From Candidatus Poribacteria bacterium (GTDB taxonomy: Bacteria; Poribacteria; WGA-4E; B28-G17): DNA of 64,000 bases. The notes beneath the pieces were generated by a model. That model ran no database searches. It had not been told where the DNA came from and was given only the letters and a program-made list of their open reading frames with translations. The first letter of the stretch is position 1; each line of letters opens with the position of its first letter. This document shows positions 57,408 to 64,000 of this stretch, piece after piece. The position numbers were made by a program, and so were the translations under genes. The DNA lies in NCBI GenBank assembly GCA_021162805.1, contig JAGGXZ010000036.1:9985-73984 (forward strand), in the 5' to 3' direction.

Positions 57408-60152
57408 ATGAAAAACCTTGCCGTAACCTTGGCCCTTTTGGCGATCGCTTGTGGGTCTGGGATAGCGCTAGAGATAATCAAAGGACCGTATCTGCAAAAC
57501 GTGACTCAGACTGGAATTACCGTCATGTGGGAGACCGATAAACCTTCGACCTCCCTGGTGCGGTATGGAGATATGGGGCTTTCCGGATACAAGGGTGATG
57601 AGAGGAAGGTTAAGATCCATGAGATCAGAATCGGGGGATTGAAGCCGGAAACCCGATATAGATATAAGGTTATCTCGCGCTCCGGAGATGAAAAAATTCA
57701 AAGCGAAATATACACCTTCAGGACGGCACCTCGACGTGACACCCCATTCAGGTTCGCGGTATGGGGTGATAACCGGACCGACGTCAAGATGTGTAAACGG
57801 GTGGCGGAACTCATAGCCTCCCAAAACCCCGACATCGTCATAAACGTCGGCGATGTGGTCAGTAACGGAAACGTCTATGAGCAATGGGGAAGGGAGTATT
57901 TTGGGCCGATGAGCTGCTTCGCCCATTCGGTACCCACATATGTGGCTATAGGCAATCACGAGAGAAACGCCCACTGGTTTGACGATTTCGTCTCACAGCC
58001 GGGAAACGAGCATTGGTTCGCCTTCTCCTACGGCAATTCGCGTTTCATCATACTTGATACCAACCGTCCATACGATCCGAATAGCGATCAGTACAAATGG
58101 CTGTTGAAGGAGCTCAGATCGGAGGAGTTCAGAAAGGCCGCCTTCAGGTTCGTCTTCTTCCACCATCCGCCATATTCCGAGCAGTGGGATAGCCCCGGAT
58201 ATACGGGAGAGGAACCCGTGAGGAGGTATCTGGTTCCGATTCTGGAGAGATACGGGGTGGATATCGTGTTTTCCGGTCATACACACGATTACGAACGCGG
58301 CAGGAAATTGCTCAAGGATGACCGTGAGATCTTCTACATAATAACCGGCGGTGGAGGTTCGGCGCTGGATAAGGTTGAGAACAAGGACTGGGACGTCATC
58401 CAGCTTCATAAATCCGTCTATCACTGCGTCGTGGTCGATGTGAAGGGCGGCGTCCTCAGCTTCAAGGCGATAGGGTTAAACGGAGATGTGGTGGATTCCT
58501 TCCGGAAGGTGAGCCTCGATGAGATGGCGAGGCTGGCCGGGGCTGAGAAGCCTTTCCTCGAAAAGCAGATTCAAGCGGTCAAGGATGAGGACCTAATGGA
58601 GGATAAATTCACCTTCGCCGTCGCGGGGGATACGAGAAGCTGGCTGACAATATATCAGCCTGAGACGTGGTATAGGATAATCAAGGAGCTCAACGGAATC
58701 CGACCGGATTTCGTGATGGACGTCGGAGATATAATCTCACATGGCTATACAAATGATCCTGAGCTGCTGATGAAGGAGTGGCGTGAATACTTCAAAGCCG
58801 TCTCCACCTCCGATATACCTGTCCTGCCCGTGGCGGGGAACCATGATATCTGGAGCGAGATGAGCCAGATGTTTTGGAGGAGGATGATCGGCGATCTCTG
58901 GTATTCGTTCGATTACGGCAATTCCCACTTTATAACTCTCTGCTCCGATCAAGCCCGGCCGAACTACATAAGCAGGATAAGCCCGCAACAGCTTGAGTGG
59001 CTCGAGAAAGATCTGGAGCTACATGCCGACGCACAGCACGTTTTCGTCTTTCTCCATAAACCTCTCTGGAGGGATAAAAAATGGGATAAGGTGCATGAAC
59101 TGCTGAAACTTTATAACACCGAAGCCGTGATAGCCGGACATGTCCATCTCTATGAGCGCTATGAGGATCGGGACGGGATAAAGTATATAATCTCAGGCGG
59201 TGGAGGAGCGGAGATGGGAGATTTCAGGGAGGCCGGCAACATCCTACACTACATGCTCATAACCGTTGACGGAGATAAGGTTTATTACTCCGTCGTCGAG
59301 CCCGGATCAATTCACGACATGAACGTGGTGACCACCTCTTCCGCCTCAATCGCCTCCCGCATCTCCAGAGCCGTCTCGCTTTCGGGAAACGTATCCGGAT
59401 CGGACTCCGAGTTGAAGCTCAGCGTATCCAATCCGTTCGATAAAAGGGTTGAGGTCGCCGCCCTTTGGGATCTTCCATCCGGCTTCAGGATATATCCACC
59501 TGCAGTCAGACTATCAATCGAGCCAGGAGATAAGATCCAAGCTGATTTCCACCTGCATCTGGATGACATACAAACCACCCTGGGACAGATCCCCAGGTTA
59601 ACCGTGATATATCCAACCGATGAGAGAGAGGTGAGGTTGTATCGTTATCCGAATCTGACCGGCAATTACAATCCGAAGATAGTTTTGGCCTCTCACTTCG
59701 ACGGCCGCCGCAGAGAAGGCCTTCCACATATCGTCCTGATCGGCAAAGACCCAACCGATTTCTCACTTCGAATGGGTTTCGCCTGGGATAAGGATGTGCT
59801 TTACCTGAGCGGCGGCATTAGGGATGATAAACCAAGCGAGGGCGATTCTCTGTCCGTAGGACTTCTCGTCGGGGGAAACAGGATCGGATTCGATATCGAC
59901 AAAGGCAAGGCAACTCTATCGATCAACGATAGAAAGCTCTCCGAGCCGGGGGTTCTCATGTTCTCCAGACGGGGTGGAAACACCTCCTTCTCAGTTTTCG
60001 TCCCGTGGAATGCCCTCAAGTTAAGCCCGAAACCGGGCGATCTGATAAGGGCCAAACTCACGGCCGAAGATGTCGATGACGGAGCGGCGGAGAAAATCGG
60101 ATGGGATGGTGAGATCTTAGTGGCTCCGCCGATGTTTAGAGGCGTGCGGTGA
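57408..60152 (+). CDS. secreted/lipoprotein tandem metallophosphoesterase (two purple-acid-phosphatase-like calcineurin domains, N-terminal FN3-like PAP domain)
   Basis: Signal peptide with Cys (LLAIACGSG); domain 1: FAVWGDNR…NVGDVV…GNHE…GHTHDYER; domain 2: FAVAGDTRS…DVGDII…GNHD…GHVHLYER. Confidence 0.8.
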   Translation: MKNLAVTLALLAIACGSGIALEIIKGPYLQNVTQTGITVMWETDKPSTSLVRYGDMGLSGYKGDERKVKIHEIRIGGLKPETRYRYKVISRSGDEKIQSEIYTFRTAPRRDTPFRFAVWGDNRTDVKMCKRVAELIASQNPDIVINVGDVVSNGNVYEQWGREYFGPMSCFAHSVPTYVAIGNHERNAHWFDDFVSQPGNEHWFAFSYGNSRFIILDTNRPYDPNSDQYKWLLKELRSEEFRKAAFRFVFFHHPPYSEQWDSPGYTGEEPVRRYLVPILERYGVDIVFSGHTHDYERGRKLLKDDREIFYIITGGGGSALDKVENKDWDVIQLHKSVYHCVVVDVKGGVLSFKAIGLNGDVVDSFRKVSLDEMARLAGAEKPFLEKQIQAVKDEDLMEDKFTFAVAGDTRSWLTIYQPETWYRIIKELNGIRPDFVMDVGDIISHGYTNDPELLMKEWREYFKAVSTSDIPVLPVAGNHDIWSEMSQMFWRRMIGDLWYSFDYGNSHFITLCSDQARPNYISRISPQQLEWLEKDLELHADAQHVFVFLHKPLWRDKKWDKVHELLKLYNTEAVIAGHVHLYERYEDRDGIKYIISGGGGAEMGDFREAGNILHYMLITVDGDKVYYSVVEPGSIHDMNVVTTSSASIASRISRAVSLSGNVSGSDSELKLSVSNPFDKRVEVAALWDLPSGFRIYPPAVRLSIEPGDKIQADFHLHLDDIQTTLGQIPRLTVIYPTDEREVRLYRYPNLTGNYNPKIVLASHFDGRRREGLPHIVLIGKDPTDFSLRMGFAWDKDVLYLSGGIRDDKPSEGDSLSVGLLVGGNRIGFDIDKGKATLSINDRKLSEPGVLMFSRRGGNTSFSVFVPWNALKLSPKPGDLIRAKLTAEDVDDGAAEKIGWDGEILVAPPMFRGVR

Positions 60153-61062
60153 GGATGTATCTCGTCATGGAATGCTTCGGAGCAGGTAGGGATTCAATCA
60201 TGCGATATCCCACCTCCCGAAGCATTCCGGATATATCGCGGGCGACGGCGATGATCGAGATAGGGGCGAGATTAACGAAGTTCCTCAGGAGCTCCCGATA
60301 TAGATCATCGGTTGCCTCCATGTTCATCCCATATGGAAGATCCGTCACCAGGAGATCGAATTCCCCATCGATCTCCCTCGCATCAGCCTGGATAACCCTT
60401 CCCGAAAGGCCAAAATAGGCGAGGTTTTTAAGCGAAGCCTGAATCATCTTATAATTCAAATCGTATCCCGTGACCTCATATCCCATCTCTGCCCCCTCCA
60501 GTAGGATTGTCCCTGCCCCACAGCACGGATCGACTAATCTGGCGGGGGGGCTGACACCTGAAAGGTTTATCATCGCCCGCGCCAGCCGATGCGGTATCGA
60601 GCTGGAGGTGGTATGGGGTTTACAAGAGAGCTTGACCCAGGCCCGGCTGATCTCCGAGAATACCCTGCCGAACAGAACCTGATTTTCCTCCATGACCAAT
60701 AGGAATTTCACCTTCGGCCTCGAAAGGTTCGGCCTGCCGGATATGAGATCGGCGATCATAGCCGCCATCTGGGGCGATTTCACCTCGATATGAGCTCCGA
60801 GCCTCTTAACCCTTATGGCGAATCCATCAGCTGAAATCCTGATGGCGGAGAGGTATCTCCTGAGCTCCTCCAGATCTCCGCCTCTGAAGATCATCTCAGC
60901 GCCGAGGTTTATGAAGGCCGACCTGGATATATCCGCCCTCTGCCGGGATATCCCCAATCCGAACCGATCGGGCTTAACCCCGGCGAAAGTCATAAGCTCA
61001 GCCTCTATCAGGGGACGATCGAGCTCGGAACGGGATGTGAGATAGAAAAAACCTTCGTTCAT
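60136..61062 (-). CDS. THUMP-domain RNA methyltransferase (UPF0020 / N2-guanine or N6-adenine family, DPPY-type)
   Basis: LVDPCCGAGTILLEGA (SAM motif I) and DLPYG (motif IV). Confidence 0.6.
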   Translation of the reverse strand: MNEGFFYLTSRSELDRPLIEAELMTFAGVKPDRFGLGISRQRADISRSAFINLGAEMIFRGGDLEELRRYLSAIRISADGFAIRVKRLGAHIEVKSPQMAAMIADLISGRPNLSRPKVKFLLVMEENQVLFGRVFSEISRAWVKLSCKPHTTSSSIPHRLARAMINLSGVSPPARLVDPCCGAGTILLEGAEMGYEVTGYDLNYKMIQASLKNLAYFGLSGRVIQADAREIDGEFDLLVTDLPYGMNMEATDDLYRELLRNFVNLAPISIIAVARDISGMLREVGYRMIESLPAPKHSMTRYILTARL

Positions 61063-63074
61063 CTCAAGGCCACGACCACCGATTTCGATCTCTCTTCGCT
61101 GAGGTTCTCAAGCAGAGAGCTGAAACCCCGTGATCTCAAATCGGCCATATGACAGGCGATCAGGATCCCATCAGCTAATGCCCTGATCCTATCTATCTGA
61201 TCGGGTAACGCCGAGGTGCAATCCAGTATAACCGATTTATACCATCCTCTCAGATCCGAGAGCACCTTCTCCAGGTTCTCCATATTGATCCTCCGATCGG
61301 TGCCGTATGGCAGCAGGCTTAGGTAGTCAATCCCATGGGCGCTTGCCAGTGTTTCCACCTCGATTACGCCGAACAGCATATCGGTGGCCGTTCGGAGGAC
61401 TTGAGGCAGAAGGTTGGGATCATGGCTTATGTCGGTCAGTCCTGGAATTTCCTCTACACCGAAGAGACGTGATAACCTTTCATCTTGAGGGGCAAATCCC
61501 ACTAGAACTGTCCTAACTCCTTTGCGGGCACGGTATATGGCTAGGTTAAACCCAAGGCTAGTCCTTCGGCCGTCGGGTGAATAGCCTAAAATCAGATCCA
61601 CACCTTCAGGCAGCAGGGAGTTAACAGCCCGCATAGCTTCAGGATCATCGGCGTATGAAACCATAAGCTCATCCCATTCCAGACCCGGCACGATGAGGAT
61701 GGGAATTTGGATTTCATCGATTCTCCCATCAAGTGGCGATATCTCTTTTCTCGAAGCCCGTCTGGGACGGATCGTCGTCAGGGCAATCCCTATCAGCAAA
61801 CCGATTAATCCGCCTATCGTCATGCTCCTATAGCGTTTGATCCCCCTAGAAGAGGGTAACACCCGAGCCGGTTCTACGATGACGGCGATATCGGGCTTCT
61901 CAAGCATCTTAAGCCTGTACTCCTCAAGTTTCCCCCTCAGCATCGAGCAGAGCTCCGAAAGCGACCGAGCCTTAGACTCAATCAGAGCGTATTCACCCTG
62001 AAGTCTGGAGAGGCGGGAGATCTGCTTCCTGGCGGTGTCGATCTTCCTTTGAACCATATCCCTCCTTTTCTCCAGATCGGAGATCTCCCCCGATATCCTA
62101 TCCATATCGGCCTGTAGCTTCGTTTTGATCTCCTCAGCCAACCTGGAACTGACCTTTTCGATTCGCGCCTGATTCTCCTTAACCTTGGGATGGATCTCGG
62201 TATAGTGACGGAGCAGCTTCGCTCGCTTGGATTGAAGCCTTCTCATCTCCTCGATCAGCGCTGATATGATGGGATCGGAGATAAGCCTCATTGAGAAGGA
62301 ACTGATCCGAGCGATATACTGAGGGGTTATTTTGGTTGGCTCAATCAGGGATTTAACGACCTGTAACTCCCGCCTGCAGCTGTTTATATCCACGTTGATC
62401 TCTTCGAGATCGCGGCTATACTTCGCGATGAGGCTCGATATGGATCGGACGTTGGATGAGGGGATGAAGTCAGGGTGTTGTCTCAGGTAATCCGATATCT
62501 CCTTTTTAGCCTCCTCCAACTCCTTCTCCCTAGTCTTCAGCTCCGAGAGGATGTATCTGACCTCCTCCTCCAGGTTTTCCCTCTCCAAGAATGTTCTCTC
62601 CTCGATATACTGCTGGGCGGCGATCCGAGCGAGCTTAACGGCTTCCGCTCCGGTTTCCGCGACGGCGGTGAACAGTAATAGATTTGTCATGCGCGGATTT
62701 TCCACCTCGATTCTACTCCGTATCGATTCGACTATTCTCCTCACCCGTTCGGTCGGCCTTCGGTTGGAGAGATTTTCGCCTTTCGATTTACCATAAAATC
62801 CGGATTCGTGCTTCAGGGATAGCTCATTTATCTTAATGAGCCCCATCTTGTAAGCGATCCTCTCCATGACAGCGTAGCTTTTGGCCAACTCCATCTCATT
62901 TTTCATGAAAATATCCATGGCTTTAGGATCGGAAGGGGCTCTTATTCTTACCTCAGTCCTCGCTCGATGTGATCCACCAACTTTGATTCTCCAGAATGTA
63001 GGGATCAAAAGACCAAGGATGAAAAAAAGGGATATTATGAGGAAACGTCTATTTTTCCTCAAATCCTCTCTCAC
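61059..63074 (-). CDS. polysaccharide chain-length determinant / Wzc-GumC-like protein with degenerate (Walker-A-less) C-terminal kinase-like domain
   Basis: N-terminal TM, Wzz-like region, long coiled-coil, second TM (MTIGGLIGLLIGIALTTI), C-terminal ~230 aa resembling BY-kinase/ParA fold but lacking GxxGxGKS/T. Confidence 0.5.
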   Translation of the reverse strand: MREDLRKNRRFLIISLFFILGLLIPTFWRIKVGGSHRARTEVRIRAPSDPKAMDIFMKNEMELAKSYAVMERIAYKMGLIKINELSLKHESGFYGKSKGENLSNRRPTERVRRIVESIRSRIEVENPRMTNLLLFTAVAETGAEAVKLARIAAQQYIEERTFLERENLEEEVRYILSELKTREKELEEAKKEISDYLRQHPDFIPSSNVRSISSLIAKYSRDLEEINVDINSCRRELQVVKSLIEPTKITPQYIARISSFSMRLISDPIISALIEEMRRLQSKRAKLLRHYTEIHPKVKENQARIEKVSSRLAEEIKTKLQADMDRISGEISDLEKRRDMVQRKIDTARKQISRLSRLQGEYALIESKARSLSELCSMLRGKLEEYRLKMLEKPDIAVIVEPARVLPSSRGIKRYRSMTIGGLIGLLIGIALTTIRPRRASRKEISPLDGRIDEIQIPILIVPGLEWDELMVSYADDPEAMRAVNSLLPEGVDLILGYSPDGRRTSLGFNLAIYRARKGVRTVLVGFAPQDERLSRLFGVEEIPGLTDISHDPNLLPQVLRTATDMLFGVIEVETLASAHGIDYLSLLPYGTDRRINMENLEKVLSDLRGWYKSVILDCTSALPDQIDRIRALADGILIACHMADLRSRGFSSLLENLSEERSKSVVVALR

Positions 63075-63075
63075 C

Positions 63076-63996
63076 TCACCTGGATTTCAACCTACACTTA
63101 AGAGCAAGCCACATCTCCTCTTCGATGGTATCCAACACCTCGTATCCCTCCATCTGACAGGCGTCTCTCATCATATCGCCCTCGCCTATCAGGACTCCGG
63201 AGAACAGAGCGATCCCACCCGGTTTGAGCCTTTCTCTCAGATCCGGTAGGAGCAGCGTATTAACTCTGGTGAGTATGTTGCAGACGACGAGATCGTATTT
63301 CGGTTCGGGCGGTACCTCTGAGATGTCGCCCGCTATAAAGGTTACTCCCCCCCCAACATCATTCAACGAGGCGTTCTTCCGAGCGGCGGGGATAACGCCC
63401 GGCTCTATATCTATCGCTGTGACCCGCCTGGCGCCGAGTTTAACGGCCGCTATCGAGAGGATGCCCGATCCCGTCCCGACGTCGAGAACCTCTGCCCCTT
63501 CGAAGATGCTCTCCTCCATCAAGGTCAGGGTAAGCCTCGTAGTGGGATGTTGTCCGGTGCCGAAGGCCATACCCGGATCGAGCCATATCACGATATCACC
63601 CTTCCTAAGTTCAGGCTGACACCAGGTGGGCGAGACCACGATGTGTCGGCCGACCCTGATGGGGTTAAAGACGGACTTCCAATTTTCAATCCAGTTCTCG
63701 TCCTCGATCTCATCGAACTCTATCTTGGCCGGTGAGGGGTCCAGGCCACATTCCCTCAGCTTCTTGAAAAAAGCTCTTATCTTAAGAAGCCTCTCACCAA
63801 CTAGATCATCCGGCGGATAGAAGGCGATAAGCGTTGAAGATGAACCCACCTCTTTGACCTCAACGCCTCCGGCGCCGAGCTCGAAGAGGAGGTTTGAGAT
63901 CGCATCGCTCGCTTCAGGGGAGGTCTTGACGCTGATCTTAATCCAGGAGCCGGTTTCAGTGCCTGAAGACACGGTTGAAAAAGCCTTTCTCCTCAT
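63076..63996 (-). CDS. prmA: ribosomal protein L11 methyltransferase PrmA
   Basis: …LDPGMAFGTGQHPTTRLTLTLME…VLDVGTGSGILSIAAVKLGA…; start near window edge. Confidence 0.85.
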   Translation of the reverse strand: MRRKAFSTVSSGTETGSWIKISVKTSPEASDAISNLLFELGAGGVEVKEVGSSSTLIAFYPPDDLVGERLLKIRAFFKKLRECGLDPSPAKIEFDEIEDENWIENWKSVFNPIRVGRHIVVSPTWCQPELRKGDIVIWLDPGMAFGTGQHPTTRLTLTLMEESIFEGAEVLDVGTGSGILSIAAVKLGARRVTAIDIEPGVIPAARKNASLNDVGGGVTFIAGDISEVPPEPKYDLVVCNILTRVNTLLLPDLRERLKPGGIALFSGVLIGEGDMMRDACQMEGYEVLDTIEEEMWLALKCRLKSR

Positions 63997-64000
63997 CGAG

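Overview
This 64-kb window is a gene-dense chromosomal segment (roughly 57-60% GC by eye, about 50 CDS, no rRNA/tRNA/CRISPR). I read it as coming from an uncultivated member of the FCB superphylum that still uses strong GGAGG Shine-Dalgarno sites; the main clue is a 2509-aa Ig-repeat surface protein ending in a T9SS-type C-terminal sorting domain. All family assignments are from reading the translations only; no HMM or database search could be run.

Housekeeping genes: TyrRS, Thi4-type thiazole synthase, EF-G-like GTPase, PrmA, Ogt, MntP, a sigma54 NtrC-type regulator plus histidine kinase, HD-GYP, TldD/PmbA, and an ECF sigma/anti-sigma/RseB-like operon.

Envelope and glycan genes: an Omp85/BamA-like protein, a GT4 glycosyltransferase, a Wzc/GumC-like chain-length protein, a sulfatase, a DUF4838-like TAT protein, a tandem-domain metallophosphoesterase, and a bifunctional NDP-sugar pyrophosphorylase/phosphomannomutase.

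Things that stand out:
- a ~30-nt palindromic element repeated three or four times in intergenic regions, twice next to nested GTAACG/AACGTT palindromes, once exactly at the truncation point of a CocE/NonD remnant
- a 7.4-kb minus-strand array (unknown 442-aa protein, TM-anchored DUF4159-like, hicA(frameshifted)-hicB, DUF4159-like, GT4, methyltransferase, Omp85-like) that looks like an undescribed surface-biogenesis module
- tandem DUF4139-like paralogs divergent from the ECF operon, which carries a textbook GAAC-N17-CGTC promoter
- a GGT pseudogene with a precise in-frame internal deletion
- an AT-rich orphan gene with an in-frame stop followed by repeat-continuing sequence
- an hsp20 gene with a consensus sigma70 promoter overlapped by a perfect 9-bp inverted repeat
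- a MutL/GlmL-type two-domain ATPase pair with no mutase nearby in the window
- a protein with an archaemetzincin-like Cys/His motif lacking the catalytic HExxH
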